Shown: piece by piece, positions 16,563 to 31,460 of the stretch
Position numbering within the stretch: the first letter of the stretch is position 1
Layout of the letters: each line of letters starts with the position of its first letter
Assembly (NCBI GenBank): GCA_951406725.2
Contig: OX597818.1
Location: 109,802,001 to 109,866,000 of the forward strand
Direction: 5' to 3'
DNA: 64,000 nucleotides
Source: Octopus vulgaris
Taxonomy: Eukaryota
Notes under the pieces: generated by a model
Told to the model about the DNA's origin: nothing
The model's database searches: none
Seen by the model: only the letters and a program-made list of their open reading frames with translations
Position numbers and translations under genes: made by a program

Positions 16563-17015
16563 TATTATTATTACTATTGTTATTATTGAGGCGGTGAGCT
16601 GGCAGAGTCGTTAGCACGCTGGACGAAATGCTTAGCGGTATTTCGCCAGCCGCTACGTTCTGAGTTCAAATTCGGCCGAGGTTGACTTTGTTTTTCCTCC
16701 TTTCGAGGTCGATAAATTGAGTACCAGTTGCGTACTGGGGTCGATCTAATCGATTGGCTCCCTTCCCCACAAATGCCGTGCCTTGTGCCTAGAGTAGAAA
16801 AGTTTATTATTATTACTCTTAAGGTGACGAGCTGGCAGAATCGTTAGCACGCTGCTATCGTTACGCTCTGAGTTCAAATTCCGCCGAAGTCGACTTTGCC
16901 GTTCATCTTTTCGGGGGTTGATGAAATAAATACCAGTTATACACTGGAATCGATGTCATCGACTATCCTCTCCCCCAAATTTTCAGGCTTTGTGCCTACA
17001 GTAGAAATAATAATA

Positions 17016-17122
<107 letters not shown>

Positions 17123-17124
17123 CT

Positions 17125-17668
17125 TTGAGAGAGTAGTGCATGCCATCAAAGTGACTCTGGGGTAAAATATACGAAGCCCAGTATACCCATCATGACTACC
17201 CGTCTGATAAGGGTACACAAGGCACATGCATCACAACCATGTGCGCGACATGATGAACTCATATCAAGATAAACAGCGCATGACCTTGCAGGTTAGAATC
17301 CGCTACAAGTCGAGTAGCCCATCCCGCTCAAAAGGTCCCTGAATAAGGTTTGTTTAAGGATGTTGAATGAAACACCGATGTTTCCAGAGGTGAATTATTC
17401 AAACCTCAAAGAATCCTTCTCAACACATGGCTATGAAGCTCCTCCACTACTTCTGCTCATGATCAGAGATGCACATTTCGTCAGCCACTAAGGGACATGC
17501 TCAACTGGTTAAGGTCAAACAACTGACAAGCAGATCTATGGTATTGAGCAGAATATTTGCTGTAGTCCATCTTTTATACCAAGACAAAACAATGTACAGG
17601 ATAACACTTCCAATCAGTTAAGATCAGAAGCCATGAGAGCCACTGCCTAGTACTGCATCAGGGCATTT
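17125..17668. mobile_element. Copy of the ~600-bp (TAA)n-associated element
   Basis: Reverse complement of 23735-24340; flanked by (ATT)n. Confidence 0.75.
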
Positions 17669-18222
17669 ATTATTATTATTATTATTGTTGTTGTTGTTGT
17701 TGTTGTTGTTGTTTTCGTTTTTGTTCTTGTTGTTATTGTCATTATCTAAGGCAGCGAGCTGGCAGAATCGTTAGCACGCCGCGCGAAATACTTCGCGGTA
17801 CTTCGTCTGCTGCTATGTTCTGAGTTCGAATTCCACCGAGGTCGATTTTGCCTTTCATCCTTTTGGGGTCGATTAAATAAGTACCAGTTGAACACTAGGG
17901 TCGATGTGACCGACTTAGTCCCTCCCACCATAATAGCTGCCCTAGTGGCAAACTCTGAAACCTTTATTATTGATGTTGTTGTCTTTAAGGCGGTGAGTTG
18001 GCAGAATTGTTATCACGCCGGACAAAATGCTTAGCGGCATTTCATCCGTCTTTACGTTCTGAGTTCAAATTTTGCTGAAGTTGACTGCTTTCCCTTCCTG
18101 CAGGGTCCGTAAATATAACGTCCCAGTTAAATACTGTGGTCAGCTTAGTCCCCTAATCTTCCTCAAAATTCCAAACTTGTACCGATATTAACCCCACCAC
18201 CCCCACCTCGGAAAAATTCCCA

Positions 18223-18253
<31 letters not shown>

Positions 18254-18368
18254 GTTGTTGTTGTTGTTGCTGTTGTTTTTGTTGTTGTTATTGTTGTTGT
18301 TGTTGTTGTTGTTATTATTATTATTATTATTGTTGTTGTTGCTGTTGTTATTGTTGTTGTTGTAGTTG

Positions 18369-18449
<81 letters not shown>

Positions 18450-18723
18450 TTATTTTTATTATCGTTGTTGTTGTTGTTGATTTATCTTCTCACGTTCGCC
18501 ATGAAAAATGTCCTCTGCGGCTTCTCTTTCAAATTTATGTCCTCCAGTCAATGTAATAAGTTTTTTTTATTTCCTCATTGGGAAGCGGGACGGTAAAGAG
18601 AGACAGAGAAAGTTTTCAAAGCTTATGACATTTAGCACTGAAACCTCGCTGTCCGTATCTATGTGGAAATCCAAGCCGAGTCGACTTCATATTCATTGAT
18701 TGAAGTCCAGTTCTGCACAGCAA

Positions 18724-18768
<45 letters not shown>

Positions 18769-19788
18769 ACACACACACACTCTCTCTCTTTCTCTCTCTT
18801 TCTCTCTCCCTCTCTCTCTCTCTATTTCCCTCTCTCCATCTCTCTCCCTCCGCTCTCTCTCTCGCAATGTTCTCATTATCCGAAGTAAATACATCATTGC
18901 AAAGAAACAGATGTCAGCCGATCCAGTTAAAAACTGGACAAAATATTTTCTGCTATTTACGACATTTACATTGTGTTTTATTCTCGGTATTTTTTTTTTC
19001 AATGAAATTCCTGCCAAATACTGATTTCGATTAAATTGTCTGCCAATCACCCCGTACCTGTTCGATACTGTTCACCCTTGGCGCGAATATAAAAATTCCC
19101 TCATATTTTATTAAACCAAAGAAATTAATTTTGTCATAATAGGGCCATCGATTGGCAGAAACGGTAGAAGGGTGAACCAATGTTTCCGGAATGTGAAGCC
19201 ACACCTTTACGTATCTCAGATCACCTCACATCAAATAAATCTTGCTTTACGGACTTCCGGCGAATAACGTAATAACAGTGAAGTATTCAAGGGGATCTAT
19301 GCTTTTATACGTACGTTCTCTCCGTAGGGTTAGAATGGCTCTCTGTCGGTTACGACGACGAGTGTTCCAGTTGATCCGATCAACGGAACAGCCTACTCGT
19401 GAAATTCACGTGCAAGTGGCTGAGCACTCCACAGACACGTGGACCCTTAACGTAATTCTCAGGGAGAGTCAATGTGATACAGAATGAGACAAGGCCGGCC
19501 CCTTGGAATTACGGGTACCACTCATTTTTTTTCCAGCTGAGTCGACTGAGGCAACGTGAAATAAAGTGTCTTGCTCAAGGGCGCAATGCACCGCTGCGAA
19601 TCGAACTCACAACCTCATGAACGTGATCTAAATACCCCTAACCACTAAGACATACGCCTTAGCTCTAGACTACAGGATTATCTGCAGTCATAAATCTACG
19701 CAGAATAACGCCAAGGGAAGTGACTCTGAGTGAGTCATCATGGTACAGTTGACTTCTCACCGCTACCATGACAACAAACGTCATTTCT

Positions 19789-20274
19789 TCTAATATAATA
19801 AATGCGAATGTCAGTGTGTCAGTGTGTCACACTTGTTCAACTTTACTCTTAGAGGCCGTAGCTCAACACACCATTTTGGAGTAAGGTCGACTCCGTGAGT
19901 AAATTAAAAACATTCCAGGCCGAATCTTGATCCACAATCCGGAAATTTTGGATTCCCAAGTTTTCATTACTGCAATTGTTTTCGGCGGTCTTTTTACGTG
20001 TTTTTTTTTCGACAAATTTTTTTGTACGATAATTTTTATAACTTAGAAATAAATTTTGGGAAGAATCGAAATTAATTGCGAAATCCAGCGACTATTTTTG
20101 GCGATTGTTTTTTGTGATTTTTAGCGAGGAATACGATCATCATTGGGATATGACCCTGGAGGAAGCAACTGCAACAAATTCTGCAAAACAAGTCAGAGAT
20201 CTGTTTGTAGATCTTCCCATTCAGGGCCAGTTGCTTAAAATCCGCCCTATCAGGCGGGGCGGATTTTAAGCTAG
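19789..20274 (+). mobile_element. Non-autonomous Helitron
   Basis: 5' TC; 3' hairpin cttaaaatccgccc..gggcggattttaag followed by CTAG. Confidence 0.75.
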
Positions 20275-21107
20275 TTAACTATAAATTTGAAAAATGAGTC
20301 AAAGGAGAGGAGATACGACTAGATGAAATTTCCAAGCAGTTAAAATGCACTCATCTCCGATATCCAAGTGGCTAAGAAGTGTTCAGCAGAAGGGCACCTA
20401 CAAGTCATAACCTGAATGCAGCTCAGCCCTGTTAGAGTGCAAGAAATTAAGGACTGAAACATTTGCCTGACTGGGGTTTCTTTTCTGAAGAGCTTCTCCT
20501 CTGACGAAATAAATATTTCAAATCTGATTTTGTTTTATTACTTCCTTGCACCAATCGCTCCTTACCTCAACACTTTCTTATTTTCCCCATACATCCGATT
20601 CCTATGGTTTAAATTCCCCAATGTTTTGAAAATCTATTTACTTGCAAGATGTGATATCTTTCTTATCTTCCCTTTTACTAAAATGTTTAGGTGAAGCGCG
20701 GCGTTTTTCATTCTTTATTTCGCAATGTTAAGTTCATTTTGTTCACTTTTTATTCAGAAATATATTAATGTTACCTCTTTTAGCTTTCTTTCATTCCTGC
20801 CTTTGCGTGTCTGTGTGCGTGCACATGTGTGCATGTCTTTATTGATTCGTTTTAATTAGCATAGCCTTAAAATGGCGAGCTTGCAGAATCGTTACCACGC
20901 TAGGCAAAATGCTTACTGGCACTTCGTCTGCTATTACGTGAGTTCAAATTCCATTGGGATCGTCTTTGCCTTTCATCTTTTCCAGTTCGGTAAAATGAGT
21001 ACCAGTAGAGCCCTGGGTTCGATGTAATCGACCTGTCCCCAGTCCGAAATTTCAGGCCTTGTGCTTATAATAAAAAGGATTAATTAGCATATTCTTAGAG
21101 CGTATAT

Positions 21108-21225
<118 letters not shown>

Positions 21226-21491
21226 AATAATAATCCTTTCTACTAAAGGTACAAAGCCTGAAATGTAGGTCGATGGAAACTAGTCGATTACATCGATCCC
21301 AGTGTTTCACTGGTACCTAATTTCTCGACCCCGAAAGGATGAAAGGCAAAGTCGAATTCGGTGGAATTTGAACTCAGGACATTGTGACCGACGAAATATC
21401 GCTAAGAATTTTATCCGGCGTGCTAACGATTCTGTCAACTCACTGCCTTAATAATAATAATTGATGATAATAATAATAACAATAATAATGT

Positions 21492-21568
<77 letters not shown>

Positions 21569-21610
21569 TTGATGATGATGATGATGATAATAATAATAAT
21601 AATAATAATA

Positions 21611-21980
21611 GAAAGCAAACGATGCTGAATCATAGATACAGCGTGCCCATCTGACAACAAGGTTTGCAATAAGGAAGAAAGAAAAGATGAGAGATATGAC
21701 AGGTTAGCTTTGGAGGTTAAGCAGTTGTGGTCGCTGAAAAAGGTGGTAGTAGTACCAATAACTGTCGGAGCCCTGGGAACAGTGAGCAAAAATCTCGAGA
21801 AGTATGTGGAACAAATAGGGGCTGCAATAAGGGTGGAGCACTTGCAGAAAACAGCACTGCTTGGAACTGCTCGAATACTCCGGAAGGTGCTCGAAAAATA
21901 AGAGGTGTTACCTTAGTTCACGGGTAGTGAACAGCTGACACCATAGTACATCGCCAGTATCAGAAGTTGTGTTAAGACAA
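21611..21980 (+). mobile_element. 3' fragment of an RLE LINE in (TAA)n
   Basis: VVVVPITVGALG..LQKTALLGTARILRKVL C-terminus followed by (TAA)n. Confidence 0.8.
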
Positions 21981-21983
21981 TAA

Positions 21984-22168
<185 letters not shown>

Positions 22169-23733
22169 GACACAGTCATAAGAGAGCTTGAGCAGACATA
22201 GTCATAAGAGAGCTTGAGCAAGAACAAACATACAAATATTTAGGGATAAATGAAGGCTCTGGTATTCAGCATGCAAGCATGAAAGAGAAGATCAGGAAGG
22301 AATGTTATAGGAGAGTTCGTGCAGTCCTGAAATCTGAACTAAATGCACGTAACAATGTGTTAGCTATAAATTCCTTAGCAGTTCCAGTTGTTACTTATAG
22401 CTACAATGTTTTGAACTGGAATATGAGTGAAGTAAAGAATATAGATAGGAAAATATGCAAGCTGCTGAGTTGTAATAGGATGCACCACCCAAAGGCAGAC
22501 GTAGATCGCCTTTACCTTCCCAGAGCCCAAGGAGGTCGAGGCCTGATCTAATTTGAACTAGCTTACAAATCAACCACAATTGGACTGGCCAAATATCTCG
22601 AAATAACGAATGACTGGATGCTAAAGCTCGTGGAAAATCACGAGAGACGAAAGAAGCTTCATTCTATCATAAAGGAAAGCAAAAAAATTGCTATTGATCT
22701 CGTGCAGGATACCCAAACTGAACAACTCGAGGGAAGTACGGCAACTATTGTTGCAAAGAAGGTGAAAATAATGGCAACGAAAAAAGCTCACGAGCAATTG
22801 GCTGATAGGTGGGAGGAGAAACCTCTGCACGGCAAATATGTGGCCCGCAGCAAACAAGCTGATGTTGACCCGAAGCAAACCCATCAGTGGCTACGGAGCT
22901 CAGGGCTAAAAGCAGAGAGCGAAGGTTTCATCCTGGCTGCTCAAGATCAAAGCCTATTAACTCGGAACTACCAGGCCAATGTGATGAAAAATGGAGCAGA
23001 CCCAAAATGCCGATTCTGCAACAACATGATTGAAACAGTGGACCACCTAATCTCTGGATGTAAAGTCTTAGCACCAGTGGAGTATAAATTAAGACATGAC
23101 AGAGTTGGCCAATATCTACACTGGCTAATAAGTCGGCATTACAATATCAAAACTGCCGACAAGTGGTATAATCACCACCCTGAAGCTGTAACTGAAGGAG
23201 AAAATGTAACGATTCTGTGGGACTTTCCAGTACATACAGACCGAACCATCAAAGCCAGTAAACCAGATATTGTTGTGAAAGACCAAAACAATAAAGTTTG
23301 CTTATTGATCGACATGATCATAATATCTCGGCGAAAGAGTTTGACAAGCTCAGAAAATATAAAGACCTACTCATTGAAATTGAGAAAATGTGGCATCTCA
23401 AGGCGGTTACAATACCAGTTATCGTAGGAGCACTAGGAATGATCAAGAAGGGAACCGAAAATTATATGAGAATGATCTCTGGCTTACCATCCCTGCAAGA
23501 AGTGCAAAAGATAGTCTTAATTGGTACATCACACGTATTGAGAAGAGCATTGTCGATGTGAGAACTATTACTACCCATGTATTTTAATTTAACTTTAAAA
23601 AAAGAATGAACGAACTATTGAGTTTAGTTTAATGGCCTACCAATGTATACTATGAGTTTCTTTGCCCCAGGAGTCGGGAAGACACTCAGAAAGAAATGGA
23701 AGCAAATTTGAAAGAAGAAAAAAAAAATAATAC
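22169..23733 (+). mobile_element. 5'-truncated RLE non-LTR retrotransposon (R4/Dong-like) in (TAA)n
   Basis: YKYLG, RLYLPRAQGGRGL, CRFC..ETVDHLISGC, RHD, PDIVV, PVIVGALG motifs; stop at 22549-22551, frameshift near 23310. Confidence 0.88.
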
Positions 23734-23734
23734 T

Positions 23735-24339
23735 AAATGCTCTGATGCAGTACCAGGAAGTGGCTCTCATGGCTCCTGATCTTAACTGATTGGAAGTGTT
23801 ATCATGTACATTGTTTTGTCTTGGTATAAAAACTGATTGGAAGTGTTATCATGTACATTGTTTTGTCTTGGTATAAAAGATGGACTACAGCAAATATTCT
23901 GCTCAATACCACAGATTTGCTTTGTCAGTTGTTTGACCATAACCAGTTGAGCATGTCCCTTAGTGGCTGACGATATGTGCATCTCTGATCATGAGCAGAA
24001 GTAGTGGGGCAGCTTCATAGCCATGTGTTGAGAGGGATTCTTTGAGGTTTGGGTAATTCCTCTTTGGAAACATGGTGTTTCGTTCAACATCCTTAAACAA
24101 CCCTTCTTCAGGGACATTTTGAGTGGGATGGGCTACTCCACTTGAAGAAAATTCTAACTGGGCCCCAGCTGCAAGGTCATGCGCTGTTTATCTTGATATG
24201 AGATCACCATGTCGCGTACATATGTTTGTGATGCATGTGCCTAGTGTACCCTTATCAGACGGGTAGTCATGATGGGTATACTGGGCTTCGTATATTTTAC
24301 CCCAGTGTCACTTTGATGGCATGCACTGCTCTCTCACTC

Positions 24340-24340
<1 letters not shown>
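23735..24340. mobile_element. ~600-bp non-coding element associated with (TAA)n
   Basis: Homologous copies in opposite orientation at 17125-17668 and 2662-3042. Confidence 0.75.
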
Positions 24341-24399
<59 letters not shown>

Positions 24400-24401
<2 letters not shown>

Positions 24402-24690
24402 CTAACTCAGATACCAGGAAACCCCAAAATGGAAGAAATTCTAAAGATAGTGCTCATAGGAACCGCTCATATCCTACGCAAAATACTCTCTATGTAATCT
24501 TAAAGTTTAAAACAAACTTTTTTTTAAAATTTATGTATTAGACATTCACTAGTACAACACCAAAAAAATATATATGGCATACTAGGCATAACAACAACGT
24601 GAACTTCCAACCTGTTGTCTCTTGAGGTCTCTGGGTGAGACTTGGAGCCAACTATGTACAGACATAAAGCAAAATTCTGTCAAACATAGA
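24400..24690 (+). mobile_element. 3' end fragment of another RLE LINE in (TAA)n
   Basis: IPGNPKMEEILKIVLIGTAHILRKILSM* then 3' UTR and (TAA)n. Confidence 0.7.
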
Positions 24691-24705
24691 ATAATAATAA
24701 TGATG

Positions 24706-24771
<66 letters not shown>

Positions 24772-26129
24772 GTTTCTGCAGTAGCTCAAGAGTTAGTACA
24801 TACAAAAGAGAAGATTCAAGAAGAACAAGCTTGAAAAATTGAGCGCATAACTTTGAATGGTTCCAATAGTTGGTCATTCATTCTCCCAGCCACTGAGTAG
24901 ATGTTACTGTACATTGCAACGATCCAACCGCAAAAGATTGGATGGAAACCGGTTGCCTATTGCGGGCCAGGCGACTCATCTCTAGTTGGCTGTGGATGCT
25001 TCCACAAGCAGTTATTTGAATATAATTTTTTTTAAATTGATATTTCTCTGAAATCTCTTATTGCATTGGGATACTTGTTTCTTTTCATAGTACTGTATAC
25101 GCTTTGAGTGGTTTGGATGGTTTTTATTGTGTACTGGAGTGCTTTTCGTTGGTATGATCAAATAGTTTTGACTGCATCTGTACGCGTTTCCTTAATGCTG
25201 TTGTTTGTATTTATGGCAGTATAATTTATAATGTTTCTAAGCGGCCATCATTAATGTTGGTGCATAATGGGGTTTGCTGCTGTTTGTGATGACATTTGTC
25301 TTTGTGGTGGTGGTGGTGCTGATAATGATAGGGATGGTGGTAGCGATAGTGGTGGTTTTGTTGCTGTTGTTCGAGATGAGGTTGGTGCTTCGTTGTTTGG
25401 AAACATTCCTAGCGTCCGTTTGCACTTCCCAGCTTTCTGGTGGCTCTTTTTTTCTTCTTCTTTTTTCTCTTTTCTTGTTTATTGTTTCCATTTTCCCTTC
25501 TCCGCCGCCTTCACCACACAATATGTTTGTGTAGTGTCAGCCAAGGAGAAGCATATATCGAGGGCCGTCATGTTTTTGTATGATTCTCGTTATTTAAAGG
25601 CTTTCAGTTGCTGTTGTTATGGGAGGCGATGTGGTGACTCTTGAGGGTGGGGTTTCTCTTTAAGTTATTCTTGTTGCTGTGGTTTCCACTGTTTCTGCTG
25701 CTGCTGCTGCTGCTGTTACTTTTGGTTTCTCGGCTGCTGCTTTTAATGGTTGCAGTTGCCGCTGCCATTATGACTGTTGCCAATGTGCGCTGCCGTTGGT
25801 ACCATTGCTATTGCAGTGATGGTGCCGACAGAAGTGAGGAACGAGTCACACTTTCTTTATTCGTTTCAATCGACAGTTCCATGCTTTTGCCCGATCAATT
25901 CTTTTCTGCAGCCTCTCAACCAGCAGAATATAATCGAAGAAAATAGCCACTACTAACCAGCAAATTCCTCTCTTCTTTTACTTGTTTCAGTCATTGGACT
26001 GCGGCCATGCTGGGGCACCGGTTTGACGGTTTTAGCTGAACAAATCGACCCCAGTATATATTAATTATTTTTCATGCCTGAGCCTTATTTTATCGGGTTC
26101 TTCTGCTGAATTGCTAAGCGTATATATAT

Positions 26130-26253
26130 ATATAAGAATATTTTGCGTAATAAGATAAAAAGCCAAGGCTGTATAGATATTAGAGCATTTATAGATAGAA
26201 GGTCTTCTATACAACCTTGGTTTTTTATCTTATTACGCACAAAAGTCTTATAT
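26130..26253. repeat. TA-flanked hairpin made of the 3' tail of the 58.6-kb HHR family
   Basis: Arms are complementary; the reverse complement of ~26150-26197 resembles 58624-58675. Confidence 0.6.
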
Positions 26254-28159
26254 ACACACGCTGACATAAAACCAACATTGAACCCTTTATTCGCAATATT
26301 ACCGAATCTGGAACTTAACTATGGTCTGTCTATAGCACTTATTCAGCACTACCTGACACCTTTGGGTCTCAATAACACCATTATCTTTTATAACCTCAAC
26401 TTTTCGCTATATATATTGATTAGTTACTTAATAGACCGATCACGTGAAACTACTGTATTTCGGTCGTGGTGCACGAAATGTTACTTAGCGATTCAATTTC
26501 GAACCACCGCTACACACTTTTCAGATTTGGTTCGTGTCAGATCGATTCGAGAATGTTTAGGTTTATGTTTCAGCCAAACTGTATCAATAGGTTTAAATTT
26601 ATTTTTAATTCCTGAAACTTTAACTTAATCACTTCCTTCTATCGCTCGGCGTTTGCGAACCCAGACAACTTCGAATTTTAGGAATTGTGATGTCTTACGT
26701 TTTATATGCGCTGCTGTTAATAGTGGTGGTGGCGACAGCGAAGGTGGAGTTCTCAAGTGTGTTGGATCGATAATTTCATCTTTCTTTTTTTATTTTTTAT
26801 TATTCATTACTGTTGTTTTTGTGCCCATTATTCTTATTGTTGTCGTAGTTATATAAGCTTACATTTATATACATATATGCCTATGTATATAAGCGCACAT
26901 ACAAATAAATACGTACATGTACATATGCGTACATGCAGGCCTATATATGTGAATATGTGTGTGTATGCATGTATGTGCATATGTGTGTATATATGAATAC
27001 AAATACACAGGTTAATATATACGTAAATGTATATATCGAATTGCTAATATATTGAGAGCTGCAATAAAATAGATACACACGCACACACCCACCCACATGT
27101 ATGCATTTATTGTACAACTTGTGGATTTGAATGTGTATAAAACATGTATTTATAAGTGTATAAAACATGTATCCGTAAATATATATATATATATCCACAA
27201 TTCCACAATTATATATATTGTTTGTTCCTTCTCGAGCCATGCCTGGCACCTAAGGCCTAGTTTCCCGGTTTCCTTGGCCTATAGGTTCCCCACTTGGACG
27301 GGACGCCGGTCCGTCGCAAGTGAGCTGCAAGATGCAGGAGGAAAAAGTAAGCGAAATTTGTGGCGAAAGAATCAGCAAAAGTTCGCCATTACCTTCTGCC
27401 GGAGCCGTGTGGGGCTTGGGTGTTTCTCTCATAAACACACACATTGCCCGGTCTGAGATTCGAACTCTCGATCCCTCGACCGCAAGTCCGCTTCTCTAAC
27501 CACTAAGTCATGTGCCTCCACTTATATACACATGCATATAATTATATATGCATATACATAAATGCATATATACCTATACACATACATATTTGCTAATATA
27601 CATATATTCATAATATATATTCATATATTAATACACACACACACACACACACATAAACACATAAGCACACACCATCCATCAGTGAGGAGGTTAAGTGTCT
27701 GCTGCTCATCTTCAGGCACCAATCAATTCCTCTCTAGCATCGCATGCCTGGCGCCACAACCAATTCTCGAGTGTCCGTCCTGTTGCACTTGAACAACAGT
27801 GGAGTTACATCAAAACCAATGTTGAATCTGCGTGAATGTGCCTACATATATGTTCAGAAGTATACACACGTGTATATGTATATGTATTTATTATTCTTAG
27901 AGATGAACATTGTTGACTGTAACTTCGACCAGTTAAGCCATTGAAGTCGCTGTCAATAATATTCCCGTTAAAGAATAATAATCTTTTTTTACAAAAGTAT
28001 CAAGTCAGCAGATTAAAGTAAAACTGATTTTATTAAAGCTGAACATAAAGAAATCTTGAAATAAAACTGAATTCTGACATAGATAGATAGATAAATAGAT
28101 ACTCTTGCGTCTCACGTTTAATCTCCGACTTCTGGCCAGAATCGCCATGTTGAATCGCT

Positions 28160-28473
<314 letters not shown>

Positions 28474-28523
28474 CATACATACATACATACATACATACAT
28501 ACATACATACATACATACATACA

Positions 28524-28554
<31 letters not shown>

Positions 28555-28816
28555 GCTGAACTATTGAGAAATCTGCAGTTACTCTATCCAGATTACAAGT
28601 TCAGGTTTATACCTATAATTATTGGGGCAGCGGGGTATGTAATACACTACCTGAATACCAATCTCAAAACCAGAAAAGAGAAAGCTAATTCGAAGACTAC
28701 AGATCTGTAACTATACGCATGAACATACATACATAAAACATACAAATTTGCGCTTTCATACATACATACATACATACATACATAAATACATACATACATA
28801 CATACATACATACATA

Positions 28817-29110
28817 CAGTTCTCAATCCTATCCTGATAGAGATGGACATTAAAAATGACCTTGTTCCCTCTGACTTTTGGTTGCACCTCAAGCTGACGG
28901 ACATCTTCAATGGCAGTCATTTTGTACACATTGATTAGATGAAGGGGACTGTGGAAAGGGTCCTGGACACGATCACACTGGGAAACGTCCAAGGGGCCTT
29001 CACGGAGTTGCAGAAGTGCTACAGCAAATGCATTTAAGTCAGAGGATTATACTTAGTGGGAGATTAGAGTTTTGCAGTTCTTTGAAATTAACAAATGTCT
29101 TGCTTGAAAA
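28817..29110 (+). mobile_element. Degenerate mariner C-terminal remnant
   Basis: DLVPSDFWLHLKL resembles the YSPDLAPSDF region. Confidence 0.45.
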
Positions 29111-30261
29111 AAAAATCCTCACAACACACACACACGTCTGTATTATTTTATTTTTTAGATGTAAAGTGTAAAGTTTCAAAATATTTCAAAAAGAAAATAG
29201 TAATACCGTTTGTAATGAAGACACAAATAGTGAAAATATTTAATCATCCATTAAAACAAGGAGGGCTACAAATGATGAAAGATATCGAAAGATTGAAGCG
29301 CAGACAGAGGTGAGATAACGGTCGTTGTAGGGGGATATAAACTTGTATTGATTTTGAAAGGAGATGTATGAAAATAACACTGTGATGTTGAAGTGAAGAG
29401 TGGTAGAACATTAGGAAGGGATGGGGAGGTGTGTTGATGCTAAGAACGAATGGTAAAGGTTAAAGTTTTAGAAGAATATTTCAGATGTAAATAGGTTATT
29501 GAGAAAAGATTTTTAAAAATACGAATTAAAATAGCAATATATTTTTGAAGTGAAGTTTGAAAGGGCACTAGGAGAGGAAGGAGAGATGCGTTGTTGGATG
29601 AGGGCGAATAGCAAAGTGAGATTTCTATGCCTTGCTTCGTATCGTTTAAATAGGATCAATCAGGAATTCAACTACTTGTTTGGAATCGGTATCATATGCC
29701 AGTCCTACAACAAAATGCGTGTCACGTGTACACGTTACTTGAATCTACACGAAGCATCAGTGACTGGCCTCGTTGCGCCGACTTACTGGTATTCAATGTC
29801 AGACACAGGCCCAGAAATATACCAGTTATATCATTTACAATACTTTTTTTGTTTAACATGTTACAATTTTTTTTCCCGAAAATATATCTGATTAGCTCCT
29901 ACAGCCAGATGCTCGCAGAACCAAAAGATGTCTATAATACTTCGATCAGCCCATCCATTAAACTTCATGAATTTTTACGCATTACCTTTGGTTTCGAAAC
30001 TCCAGTCATGGATTTCAAAGAACACATATGGTCTATCTTTTATATATGCTTACATAAACAGTCTGTTAATCGCAACATCCACTGAGAAGGCTGTGTAGTA
30101 AGTAGTTTGCTTCCCAACCAGATGGATCCGGGTTCAATGCCATCGCACAGCACCTTGGACAAGTGGCAACAAAAGCCTTGTGAGTAGATTTGGTTGACAA
30201 ACTGAAAGAAGCCTGTTGCACGCACACACACACATACACACACACACATACATACATACAT

Positions 30262-30333
<72 letters not shown>

Positions 30334-30533
30334 TTCTTTACTATCCACAAGGGGCTAAACATAGAGGGGACAAACAAGGACAGACAAAGGGATTAAGTCG
30401 ATTACATTGATCCCAGTGCGAAATTGGTACTTTATTTATCGACTCCGAAAGGATGCAAAGCAAAATCGATCTCGGCGGAATTTGAACTCAGAACGTAACG
30501 GCAGACGAAATACCGCTAAGCATTATATATATC

Positions 30534-30875
30534 TGTGAGCTGGTTGCGTTCGAGGTTGGCTGCAGGGGCTTCCCAGCAGCTTCGCTCAGAAGGTTTCTGA
30601 CGGTGGCTGGTGTATCTGCTGCGAGGAGGATCATCAAGGAATGTGGGGAGAAAGGAGAAAGCAGTTGAAGGTAGTGCTTGGATTTCCAGGAGGTTTGTGA
30701 AAGCATTTAAGACCACAGAACTGGCATGGATCCAGTTGCAACGCAATACGTCCAGCTGTTGCGGGCCCACCATGTTGAGAGATACTGAGCATAATGGGCC
30801 GAAACTTCGGCGAAGCGCGGCACTTAGCTGATGATTGCAGCCGGACGAGAAATGGAGCACTCGGTGTTTTTCTTC

Positions 30876-30880
<5 letters not shown>
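30534..30880 (+). mobile_element. Hero-like RLE LINE 3' end
   Basis: FEVGCRGFPAASLRRFL...(frameshift)..AVEGSAWISRR. Confidence 0.65.
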
Positions 30881-30921
<41 letters not shown>

Positions 30922-30923
<2 letters not shown>

Positions 30924-31330
30924 TAGCAGCATAGCCCGGCGTTGCCCTGGTATGTAAGAGCCCCTAGTAGGCAATGACTAATCCCAATCTAGTTCTTTCC
31001 CTCTAGGGAACGAAGGCGCATGTGTAGGTTGCAATGTCTTCTCTTCACTCGAACACTTCTATGTATATGATGTTCCTAGCTGTCTCCCGACAGAAAATGT
31101 GTTGCATATAAAAAGCTTAGATTCTCGACCTCATGTCGAATTTATCGATGCTTTTCAAAACTGGGGGAACTTTTTAAAATTTTCGCTGTGTTAGTTTTGA
31201 ATTATGACATTGGGCTATGTGTGTGTCAAGTTTCATCAGAATCGGTTGAAAGCCGTGGTCAGGGTGAGGGTACAACCTGACAGACACACAGACACACAGA
31301 CAGACAAACTGCCGTTTATATATATAGAGA
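30922..31330 (-). mobile_element. Non-autonomous Helitron
   Basis: Same terminal structure as 6646-7049 (ctagcag..gcccggcgttgc). Confidence 0.7.
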
Positions 31331-31373
31331 TATATACTCACTGAGTGTCAAGAATGTGATTTTATGAGGGTAC

Positions 31374-31460
31374 CTTTCCTGATGAAGGGGGCATTGTCTG
31401 TATGGTTTGTAAGATTTGTTTTTCTACCAGGACATGAACTCTGGAAACGGCCGTAGAAAG
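31374..31460 (+). ncRNA. Type I hammerhead ribozyme with long helix II
   Basis: ctttc-CTGATGA-...-GAAAC-ggcc-GTA-gaaag; palindromic helix III. Confidence 0.8.
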
